Origin: a virus
Taxonomy: Duplodnaviria > Caudoviricetes
Reading direction: 5' to 3' (one strand)
DNA length: 30,136 nt
Virus record (IMG/VR): IMGVR_UViG_3300020045_000321
Coordinates: 1 to 30,136 of that record
Shown in pieces: positions 1 to 7,182 of the stretch. Below the pieces are notes generated by a model that was not told the DNA's origin, searched no databases, and worked only from the letters and a program-made list of their open reading frames with translations. A program made the position numbers and the translations under genes. Each line of letters begins with the position of its first letter. Position 1 is the first letter of the stretch.

Positions 1-2
1 AT

Positions 3-1130
3 CATGCTGTTAATCCTGACACCATTGAATTATCTTCTGCTGACCTTGCTAACTTGGTGTTCTCGACTCCTCACAAGAATAAGGAATATGTAGCTGGTAT
101 TCTTGAGCAGGTCGATCATAGTGAGGCTAGTGCTAAAACAACCATCCAATTAATCAACTCTATTCGTGAAGGGAAGTTACTTAAGCAGTTGTCGTTGTCG
201 TCGTATGAGGTAGCCGAAGGTCGAATGGAACGTGAGAAATTCCTAGATCAACTACAAAACTATCTTGCTGAGGTAGATAATTATGTTCACGCTGGTAGTG
301 CTGAGTTTGATGATCTTTGTTTCGTTACCTCTGATCTTGATGAGCTTGTTAATTCTGCTGTCACATCCTCCGGGTTGAGATGGAGACTCAACACACTCAA
401 TCAGATGTTAGGCAGTTTACGTAAAGGAGACTTTGGGGTTGTATTTGCGAGGCCTGAGACGGGCAAGACAACTTTCCTAGCCAGTGAGGTCACCTTCATG
501 GCTACGCAGCTTGTAGACCCCTCCAGTGGCCCCATAATGTGGATTAACAATGAGGAGCAAGGTAACAAGGTGATGTTGCGGTGTTATCAGGCAGCATTGG
601 GATTAGATCTTGTTAATCTCTATTCAGACATAGCAAAGAACAGGAGTAAGTATTCAGAGTTAACACATGATAAGATTAAGATCTTTGATAGTGGTGTTGT
701 TCATAAGAAAACTGTGGAGGAACTTTGCAGGAAGTTTAAACCATCCTTGTTGATCTTTGATCAGATTGACAAGATTCAAGGGTTCGTCAATGATCGGGAG
801 GATCTACGCCTAGGAGCTATTTATATCTGGGCACGTGAGTTAGCTAAACAATACTGTCCTGTTATTGGTATCTGTCAAGCTGATGGTACTGGTGAGGGTG
901 TGCGGTGGTTAACCATGAGTCACGTCGCCAACGCCAAGACTGCTAAGCAAGCGGAGGCCGACTGGATTCTTGGTATTGGTAAGGTTAATGATGTTGGTTA
1001 TGATCAACTGCGTTTCCTACACTTATCTAAGAATAAGTTAATGGGTGATGCAGATACTATTGCTGACCAGCGGCATGGTAGACGAGAATGTTTGATAGAT
1101 GCGGGTATTGCCCGATATAAGGATATTTAA
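3..1130 (+). CDS. DnaB-like (SF4) replicative helicase, 5' partial
   Basis: Walker A ARPETGKTTF, NNEE, Walker B-type LIFDQID, ICQA, EADWILG and LSKNK motifs. The frame is open back to position 3, so the true start lies upstream of the window. Confidence 0.92.
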   Translation, partial: HAVNPDTIELSSADLANLVFSTPHKNKEYVAGILEQVDHSEASAKTTIQLINSIREGKLLKQLSLSSYEVAEGRMEREKFLDQLQNYLAEVDNYVHAGSAEFDDLCFVTSDLDELVNSAVTSSGLRWRLNTLNQMLGSLRKGDFGVVFARPETGKTTFLASEVTFMATQLVDPSSGPIMWINNEEQGNKVMLRCYQAALGLDLVNLYSDIAKNRSKYSELTHDKIKIFDSGVVHKKTVEELCRKFKPSLLIFDQIDKIQGFVNDREDLRLGAIYIWARELAKQYCPVIGICQADGTGEGVRWLTMSHVANAKTAKQAEADWILGIGKVNDVGYDQLRFLHLSKNKLMGDADTIADQRHGRRECLIDAGIARYKDI

Positions 1131-1131
1131 T

Positions 1132-1188
1132 ATGACAGCAGAACGTGAAGCAATTGCAGCCGAGGAAGCGCAGACGGTGGAGCCATGA
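1132..1188 (+). CDS. Very short ORF MTAEREAIAAEEAQTVEP, possibly a gene remnant
   Basis: ATG immediately after the helicase stop; its TGA overlaps the ATG of the next ORF (ATGA). Confidence 0.3.
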   Translation: MTAEREAIAAEEAQTVEP

Positions 1189-1466
1189 AGCAACTTTTAC
1201 AAGAGCCTTATGGCTGGATGATTGAGGGCAGTTCAATTGTTTGGAGGTTTGAGTTTGCCGAGCTGGACGCAAAGGCCGAAGCTGCACGATGCGGCGGCAC
1301 TTGCAAGGCTTTCCCGATTTATACCCAGCCAGTCGCTGAGTTGACCAATGAAGAGATTCACATCGCTTGGAGTAGTGTGGATTACACGGTTCCGTACCAG
1401 CAATTCAGGATTGATGTTGCACGCGCTGTACTGGCAGCGCAGAAAGCTAAGTCATGGGTTATTTAA
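1185..1466 (+). CDS. Hypothetical phage protein (93 aa)
   Basis: GGAG upstream of the ATG; EPYGW...PIYTQP...LTNEEI pattern resembles small accessory phage proteins; locally GC-richer than its flanks. Confidence 0.7.
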   Translation: MKQLLQEPYGWMIEGSSIVWRFEFAELDAKAEAARCGGTCKAFPIYTQPVAELTNEEIHIAWSSVDYTVPYQQFRIDVARAVLAAQKAKSWVI

Positions 1467-1615
1467 ATGAGTATGGTTTTCTAAAGAAACCGGAGAAAGA
1501 ACAAGATTATAAACGAGCAATTAATAAACTCTTAGCACAGGGATTTACAGTAGACAACCTACTACGATACTTAACTAAAATCAAGGAAGAGGTAGAAAAT
1601 AAAACACAAACTTAA
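1454..1615 (+). CDS. Hypothetical protein (53 aa, MGYLNEYGFLKKPEKEQ...)
   Basis: Read manually, below the ORF-track cutoff; overlaps the previous stop and fills the gap in a tightly packed operon. Confidence 0.6.
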   Translation: MGYLNEYGFLKKPEKEQDYKRAINKLLAQGFTVDNLLRYLTKIKEEVENKTQT

Positions 1616-1634
1616 AAACAAATGTATTATTTAT

Positions 1635-1808
1635 ATGGTGGTGCGAACAGACTCGACGCTACAAATTCCTCGTGATACCGTGTGCTGCTTATGTAGGACG
1701 TTTGAACGAGCAGAAGAGTTGTGTGGTGAGTATGAGCAAATCTTTTTAGACAAGGGCTGGACTGATCTTACGTTTCATGTGGAGGGGAATATTTATTATG
1801 ACAGTTGA
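1635..1808 (+). CDS. Hypothetical protein (57 aa, MVVRTDSTLQIPRDTVCCLC...)
   Basis: Read manually; fills the operon gap and overlaps the next start. Start codon uncertain. Confidence 0.5.
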   Translation: MVVRTDSTLQIPRDTVCCLCRTFERAEELCGEYEQIFLDKGWTDLTFHVEGNIYYDS

Positions 1809-1965
1809 GGATAAGGCAAAGGAGTATTACCGGAAGCAGATGATCTTGTGGCCTAGGGCTTTGAGTTGGTATGACTTATCTGAAGAAACTAAAACATATT
1901 TTATAGATAGGATACAAACTAGTGAGGACTTTAACGCTCGACACGGAAACGGAGATATACAATAA
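1798..1965 (+). CDS. Hypothetical protein (55 aa, MTVEDKAKEYY...)
   Basis: GGAGGGG Shine-Dalgarno upstream of ATG 1798; WYDLSEETK motif. Confidence 0.6.
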   Translation: MTVEDKAKEYYRKQMILWPRALSWYDLSEETKTYFIDRIQTSEDFNARHGNGDIQ

Positions 1966-3046
1966 TGGCAACCCCTTTGACTCACGTAATAAGCTGGTGT
2001 GTTGGTCATGGAAGCAGGACGATCATGAAGCTAATGCAGCTATGTGGAGCATACCTTCTGCTGTCCAGTCTTGTGTGGATGGTGCTGATATGCTTGTCGG
2101 CTTTAATTTCAAGTTTGATTATCATTGGCTACACAACAACGGGGTAAACCTAGCTGGGAAACGTATATGGGACTGTCAAGCAGCCCACTACATCCTAACT
2201 AGTCAGCTCTGTGTGTTCCCCTCCTTGAATGAGGTCTGTGAGTATTATGGGTTATCACAGAAGCTGGACGTAGTTAAGACAGAGTATTGGGAAAAAGGTA
2301 TCACTACTTCATTGGTGCCACAGGAAATCTTGTTACCTTACGCGGCGTATGATGTGCAGCTAACGTACCGAGTATTCCAACTCCAATGGAAGCAAGCAAC
2401 AGCCGCTCAACGGGCTTTAATCTTGTTGGATGGGCAGGATACCCATGTGTTACGCGAGATGGAATCTAATGGCATCCTGTTCGATGCAGAGCTATGTTTA
2501 CAACGTGAAAAGGAAATAGATGGTAAGATCAAACTTCTTGAAGATCAACTCAAAGCAGTATATCCACAAGTTCCTATTAACTTTGCTAGTAACGATGATC
2601 TGTCTGCCTTTCTATATGGTGGAACAGTTGAAGAGGTTATCAAGGTTCATGACGGCTTTTATAAAACAGGAATTAAAAAAGGACAACCCAAGTTAAAGAA
2701 CACAGTAGTAACTCATCAGTTACCTCAGTTATATAAACCAGTCAAAGGAAGTGAGCTAAAGAAGGCTGGCTATTACGCTACGAATGAGCCTACGTTACGT
2801 CAACTCAAGGGTAACATGGCTACGGTTAATCTTATTCTTGGGCTTGCTAAGCTTGCTAAGATCAATGGTACTTATTATAAAGGGCTTCCTAAGTTGAATA
2901 AAGAAATGCACTGGCCGGAGGGCATACTCCATAGTAACTTCAATAACACACAAACCATTACAGGACGACTCAGTTCCAATAAACCCAACCAACAAAACTT
3001 TAGTGGAGATATTCTTGATATCTTTGGTAGTTGTTATACCACATGA
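1922..3046 (+). CDS. polA: Family A DNA polymerase, N-terminal part (3'-5' exonuclease plus thumb)
   Basis: ExoI LDTETE, ExoII GFNFKFD, ExoIII YAAYDV, MESNGILFD, INFAS and TITGRLSSNKPNQQN; stops just before motif A. Confidence 0.92.
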   Translation: MRTLTLDTETEIYNNGNPFDSRNKLVCWSWKQDDHEANAAMWSIPSAVQSCVDGADMLVGFNFKFDYHWLHNNGVNLAGKRIWDCQAAHYILTSQLCVFPSLNEVCEYYGLSQKLDVVKTEYWEKGITTSLVPQEILLPYAAYDVQLTYRVFQLQWKQATAAQRALILLDGQDTHVLREMESNGILFDAELCLQREKEIDGKIKLLEDQLKAVYPQVPINFASNDDLSAFLYGGTVEEVIKVHDGFYKTGIKKGQPKLKNTVVTHQLPQLYKPVKGSELKKAGYYATNEPTLRQLKGNMATVNLILGLAKLAKINGTYYKGLPKLNKEMHWPEGILHSNFNNTQTITGRLSSNKPNQQNFSGDILDIFGSCYTT

Positions 3047-3237
3047 ATAAAGAGATGTTAAAACTAGATTACACCGACGCCGTTACAAATCTATTGATGT
3101 TAGTCAACCAAAACAGTTCACGCAGTATTGCCCTGGACTTATGGAAGTACTATCCAATGGAAACACAACAGCTCTGTTCTGCCTTGGTACAGACACAGCA
3201 TACCAAGAAGGTTGCTAAACTTTTAATGAAAGATTGA
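3043..3237 (+). CDS. Hypothetical protein (64 aa) between the two polymerase genes
   Basis: ATG 3043 overlaps the upstream TGA (ATGA); its stop is 1 nt before the ATG of the polymerase C-terminal gene. Confidence 0.65.
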   Translation: MNKEMLKLDYTDAVTNLLMLVNQNSSRSIALDLWKYYPMETQQLCSALVQTQHTKKVAKLLMKD

Positions 3238-3238
3238 T

Positions 3239-3669
3239 ATGCTTATATCGGCAGATGCAAGTCAGTTGGAGTGGCGTACTGCCGTAGAACTTAGTAATGA
3301 CCAAGTAGGACTTAGTGAAATATTAGATCATGCAGACACACACTCACTCAACCAAAAGGCGTTTGAACTCCCATCACGACTCATCGCAAAGATCTATTTG
3401 TTTAGAACGATCTTTCGTGGCTCTGGGTGGGCCTTTGCCAACGATGCCGATTTCTCCCACGTATCATCATCCAGTAAATATTGGGATAGGGTCAACGAGA
3501 AGTTCTATTCTAAATATGCCGGTCTGGATGCCCAACATAAGCGATGGGCACAGCAGGTGGTTTCCGGGCAACCTATCGTGGGTCCACTAGGTCGATCATG
3601 GAAGCTCAAGATGCAGGACAAACGTGGTGAGCTGGTTATCCCTTGGACTACCCTCACAAACTTCCCCGT
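3239..3669 (+). CDS. polA: Family A DNA polymerase, C-terminal part, exon 1
   Basis: Motif A ADASQLEWR, DTHSLN and motif B RLIAKIYLFRTIF; ends in TNFPV at the intron 5' splice site. Confidence 0.92.
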
Positions 3670-3765
3670 TAAATGTAGCGGCTTTTATCAGTAATGGTAA
3701 TCGAATAACTCTGTGAACTCAGGGGAAATCTAGAACAGATAATCCTGAACTAAGGCAAATAGTAG

Positions 3766-3794
3766 TTGACAGTACAAGGAAAGTATGCTATACT
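3766..3794 (+). promoter_or_regulatory. Sigma70-type promoter inside the intron, upstream of the HNH gene
   Basis: TTGACA (3766-71), 17-nt spacer, TATACT (3789-94) with extended -10 TG; AAGGA RBS before ATG 3825. Confidence 0.85.
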
Positions 3795-3824
3795 AGAGAT
3801 ATAGACTTTAAAAAGGAAATATCT

Positions 3825-4394
3825 ATGGTTTGGAATAAAACATCATCAGAACTAGTGGATCAGATTATGACTACTATGAGGCAAGATTATTCTCTGCGTT
3901 ATGCAGATATTGCCAAGCAGTTTGCTGTATCTGAATGTCTAGTATCTAGTTTAGCACGTAAGCATTTAACACCCATAGAAAGAGCAGAAAGATATTCAGC
4001 AATCAATCATTATGCTAAGTTGAAATCCAATCCCATGACTGGTAAAACCCGAGAATTACATCACAACTCTAAAGTTGAGGTGCTTGTTGTTGGGTATAAA
4101 ACAGAGTGGGCTCCACAATGGTGGACTGGACTTATGCCTAAAGGTAATAGGGTAATGATACACCAACGCGTATGGTGTGAGTCTAATAACAAGACTGAAG
4201 TACCCAAAGGATTTGTCATTCATCATATAGATGAGGATAAATTTAATAATGATGCTGATAATCTAATCTGTATATCTAGACGTGAACATGCACAAATTCA
4301 TTGTGTGTCAAATCTATTAGCAAAGCGCAACGACTATCCGAAAGGAGTAGAGGGCAGCGCCCTCGAAGCGCAGAGGCACCTTATGGGTGTATGA
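3825..4394 (+). CDS. Intron-encoded HNH homing endonuclease with N-terminal HTH-like region
   Basis: HQRVW...VIHHIDEDKFNNDADNL...HAQIH HNH signature; HTH-like LRYADIAKQFAVSECLVS. Confidence 0.92.
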   Translation: MVWNKTSSELVDQIMTTMRQDYSLRYADIAKQFAVSECLVSSLARKHLTPIERAERYSAINHYAKLKSNPMTGKTRELHHNSKVEVLVVGYKTEWAPQWWTGLMPKGNRVMIHQRVWCESNNKTEVPKGFVIHHIDEDKFNNDADNLICISRREHAQIHCVSNLLAKRNDYPKGVEGSALEAQRHLMGV

Positions 4395-4459
4395 TATAGT
4401 CTGGCCTATATGGGGACATATAGAGGGTATATGGAAGCGGTATACTCGTAACATAAGCG

Positions 4460-4739
4460 ACAGGGCACCGGGGCAGACGTAATGAAGATTGCACGGATTG
4501 TTTTCTACAAACGAATTAAAGCTAGAGGCATTCCATGTAAGTTCATTACCACCGTCCACGACAGTATTGTAGTTGATGCAGAGTCACAATACCTAGAGGA
4601 GATTACCGCGCTATTTCATGAGGCGTTCGCCGCGATCATCCCTAATATTAAGACTATATTTGGGTATAATTGGAAGACTCCTCTTGAGTGTGAGGTTAAA
4701 TTCGGAAATGATTTTATGAATATGGAGAAATGTAAATGA
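4460..4739 (+). CDS. polA: Family A DNA polymerase, C-terminal part, exon 2
   Basis: QGTGADVMK, motif C TVHDSIV and PLECEVKFG; the spliced product of 3239-4739 is 236 aa. Confidence 0.92.
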
Positions 4740-4879
4740 GTTGGGGTGCCCTACCTTGGTGGGTATATCAACTGGAGTCTGAGCACTATGAGGCTAGGCT
4801 ATCTGGTTGTATGGAAGATGAGTGGATTGTTCGTCATGCACGAAGTTTTCCACAATATCTGAACTTATTTTATAAATAA
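4736..4879 (+). CDS. Hypothetical protein (47 aa, MSWGALPWWVYQLE...)
   Basis: Read manually; ATGA overlap with the polymerase stop and GGAG upstream. Confidence 0.6.
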   Translation: MSWGALPWWVYQLESEHYEARLSGCMEDEWIVRHARSFPQYLNLFYK

Positions 4880-4882
4880 GTG

Positions 4883-4912
4883 TTGACAAAGTGTATCTGA
4901 GTATGATATACT
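4883..4912 (+). promoter_or_regulatory. Sigma70-type promoter upstream of the putative SSB gene
   Basis: TTGACA (4883-88), 18-nt spacer, TATACT (4907-12) with extended -10 TG; AT-rich sequence upstream. Confidence 0.8.
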
Positions 4913-4916
4913 AAAG

Positions 4917-4945
4917 GTATGTACTCAATATTATGTAGTACATAC
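4917..4945. repeat. Perfect 9-bp inverted repeat GTATGTACT-N11-AGTACATAC
   Basis: Seen directly; overlaps the predicted transcription start of the 4883 promoter. Confidence 0.8.
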
Positions 4946-4969
4946 ATATTAAATAATTAAGGAATTAAA

Positions 4970-5524
4970 TTGCAAATTCAAATTTTGTCGGTTAGTATCA
5001 CAACAGTCCCTACAGCCAAGGGTTCGTATCAAGTAGCTGACTTGGCATTTAAGAATCTTACCTATCAAGGTAAAGTTGAAGGCAAGAAAGTAATGAGCTT
5101 TGGTGCTGCTAAAGCTTCGTTTGAAGCATTGGCTATTGCTCAACCGGGTGAGGTATATGACGTTACCGTTGTTAAGAATGACAAGGGGTTCAATGACTGG
5201 ACAGCGATGGTTAAAGGAGTAGCAGGTGCAGCACAACCGGCCCAAGCAAAAACATCAGGAGGAGTTGTGGCGACAGCAGCGACAGCACAACCCTCCCGTA
5301 GTACCTACGAGACCCCCGAGGAGCGTGCAAAGAAGCAGGTCTACATTATCCGTCAAAGTAGTTTTAGTACTGCTGTCACTGGTCTTAGTGCTGGTGCTAA
5401 GACACCTGTGAAGTTCGAGGATGCATTAGCATACGCCAAGAACATCGAGAAGTATATCCTTGATATGGACTTGGGCGGAGCGGGCTTCCAAGATATTCCA
5501 GATTTCCCTGCTGAAGCTGAATAA
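4970..5524 (+). CDS. Putative single-stranded DNA-binding protein
   Basis: AAGGA RBS with TTG start; beta-rich N-terminus, Ala-rich linker, acidic/aromatic tail FQDIPDFPAEAE; located between polymerase and exonuclease with its own promoter. Confidence 0.65.
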   Translation: MQIQILSVSITTVPTAKGSYQVADLAFKNLTYQGKVEGKKVMSFGAAKASFEALAIAQPGEVYDVTVVKNDKGFNDWTAMVKGVAGAAQPAQAKTSGGVVATAATAQPSRSTYETPEERAKKQVYIIRQSSFSTAVTGLSAGAKTPVKFEDALAYAKNIEKYILDMDLGGAGFQDIPDFPAEAE

Positions 5525-5753
5525 ACTACTAAGAGATCTTATCTTACTTCTTCTGTTGGTATCTTTCACTACCTTTGCGTATAAGCTCGGGTATGTAGTC
5601 GCCAAGGAAGAAGTTAAGGCATCCGAGCAACATGATCTTTGTTTTGATACTGCAAAGGAAAATGCTTGGATTGCCTATAAAGACGGTCAGATCAGATGTT
5701 TCCGTGAACACAAAGAGTATCCACATCGGTCACGAGGGAGTTTTATAGAATGA
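5460..5753 (+). CDS. Hypothetical membrane-anchored protein (true start probably later)
   Basis: Hydrophobic LILLLLLVSFTTFAY segment; stop overlaps the next ATG. Confidence 0.55.
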   Translation: MIWTWAERASKIFQISLLKLNKLLRDLILLLLLVSFTTFAYKLGYVVAKEEVKASEQHDLCFDTAKENAWIAYKDGQIRCFREHKEYPHRSRGSFIE

Positions 5754-5944
5754 AAACTAAGAAGATTCATGTAGGTTGGTTTAGTATTAGTAAAAATGGA
5801 GTGTCCTCTTATCATTCCGGTATTGAACAAGATCCAGTTTATATAGCAAAAACTCTTACAGAGCATGTTACTGGTGGACCATATACAGTAGTAAAAGCTT
5901 TTATGGAAGTAGAACTCAAAGGTAAAAATGATTGCCCTAATTGA
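5750..5944 (+). CDS. Hypothetical protein (64 aa)
   Basis: GAGGGAG RBS, ATGA overlap, operon packing. Confidence 0.65.
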   Translation: MKTKKIHVGWFSISKNGVSSYHSGIEQDPVYIAKTLTEHVTGGPYTVVKAFMEVELKGKNDCPN

Positions 5945-6443
5945 TGGGGACATCATCTTAGGAAAGGTATGGTTAGATGGAAATGGATATCCAAAAGTTT
6001 CTATAGGGTCATGTAAAGATAACTATGTTCATAGAATAGTGGCTGCTCTAATGTTAGGTAGAGAGTTACAAGGGACAGAATGTGTCCACCACATCAACTA
6101 TAACAAGCAAGATAATCGTAGGAGTAATCTGTATGTGTGTAAAGATGATGCAGAGCATCGTCAAATACATGCTATACAGGATATTCTAAATGATGGGTAC
6201 GACCCTAAACTATATCATTATTGTACCTACCATAAACAATATGAGTTAAAGACAGAATTTAGTACTAGACCAAGTAGTTGGTGTGGATTACATAATATGT
6301 GTCGAAAAGCAACCAATGAGTATAGAAAACTCAAAGGTTATGATCACAGTTTATTTGATTGGAAGGCAGCTATGAACCAACAGTTTCGTAGAGCATTGAA
6401 AAAGGGAATCACTAGTCCCCTTAAGGAGGGCCGTTGTCTATGA
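5928..6443 (+). CDS. HNH homing endonuclease fused to the first 10 codons of the exonuclease
   Basis: NGYPKV...YVHRIVA...VHHINYNKQDNRRSNL...HRQIH; begins MIALIDGDII, the canonical start of T7 gp6/T5 D15-type exonucleases. Confidence 0.9.
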   Translation: MIALIDGDIILGKVWLDGNGYPKVSIGSCKDNYVHRIVAALMLGRELQGTECVHHINYNKQDNRRSNLYVCKDDAEHRQIHAIQDILNDGYDPKLYHYCTYHKQYELKTEFSTRPSSWCGLHNMCRKATNEYRKLKGYDHSLFDWKAAMNQQFRRALKKGITSPLKEGRCL

Positions 6444-7182
6444 GTTCTTTTAAAGCACTTATAGACGGTTAGGAGACATCATCGCGTACCGTTGTGCTGC
6501 TAGTGCCGAGAACGAGCCCCTAAGCATAGCACAAGAGCGGGCGGATGCTCTTATCGAACGTATCATGTTTGAAACAGGCAGTGGTTCTTGTAGAGTATTC
6601 CTCACAGGCACTGGTAATTTCCGATATGATATTAATCCAGAATACAAAGCTAATAGAAAAGATAAACCCAAACCGCGCTGGCTACAGGAGCTGCGTGAGC
6701 ACCTAGTCCTCGGTTGGGGGGCTACTATTAGCGAAGGCAACGAAGCAGATGACGAACTTGGTATTGCACAAGCCACCTCTACGGAGAACACAGTCATCGC
6801 AAGTATCGACAAAGATCTCTTGATGATCCCCGGTAATCATTATAATTTTGTGAAGAATGAACACAAAACTGTGAGTTACCTAGAAGGACAGAAGATGTTT
6901 TATTACCAACTTATTATGGGAGATACCTCAGATAATATCTTTGGGTTTGATGGTAAAGCACGGAGCAAAGTTCCGAAGTTTCTTGAACCCCGGATTGATT
7001 ATCTCTTATCTCTAGATAATGAGTATGACATGTTTGAATATACCCTTGACTTATATGGTGGTGCGGGTGATGAGCACGTACTAGCAAACTATATGATGAA
7101 TGCACATTGCCTCTATATATGGCAGAAACAAAACGACCAATGGCGACCTCCAACAAAACCCCTCGATTTCGTTCAGGACTAG
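6440..7182 (+). CDS. 5'-3' exonuclease (T7 gp6/FEN-like) with a discontinuous frame at the 5' end
   Basis: The frame from 6472 reads GDIIAYRCAA...NFRYDINPEYKANR...EADDELG...SIDKDL...GDTSDNIFG. AAGGAGG plus ATG 6440 encodes MSSFKALIDG-stop in another frame. The ATG 6565 product would lack the first acidic motif. Confidence 0.85.

Larger units (their letters stand above)
3670..4459 (+). mobile_element. Group I self-splicing intron (IA2-like, 790 nt) carrying an HNH endonuclease
   Basis: Removal joins CCC GT|A CAG GGC, giving NFPVQGTGAD. The 5' exon ends in U and the intron ends in G. P1 CCGU/GCGG has the U-G pair; P2 has a GUAA loop; P3 is CUCUGUG (3709-15)/CGCAGAG (4369-75); P4 UCAGG/CCUGA; P7 GACUA/UAGUC; P7.1 UCC-GAAA-GGA; P7.2 GAGGGC/GCCCUC; P8 GCACC/GGUGU; P9 hairpins at about 4405-4447. 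Confidence 0.95.

Noticed and set aside
3044-3238. Stop-codon readthrough or reassignment joining the polymerase halves
   Set aside because: A further in-frame TAA lies at 3059, and TGA, TAA and TAG all end genes normally elsewhere in the window.
4482-4739. Independent 85-aa gene
   Set aside because: It is the 3' exon of the polymerase; the conserved QGTGAD lies upstream of this ATG.
6446-6455. Slippery TCTTTTAAAG as a -1 frameshift into the exonuclease
   Set aside because: A -1 slip from the 6440 frame puts TAA (6451) in the A site, so it cannot reach the exonuclease body.
5958-6471. The exonuclease insertion as a group I/II intron or an intein
   Set aside because: The HNH ORF fills almost the whole insert, no ribozyme core is visible, and no U/G splice pair restores the frame. 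The insert is 526 nt (not a multiple of 3) and contains stops, which excludes an intein.
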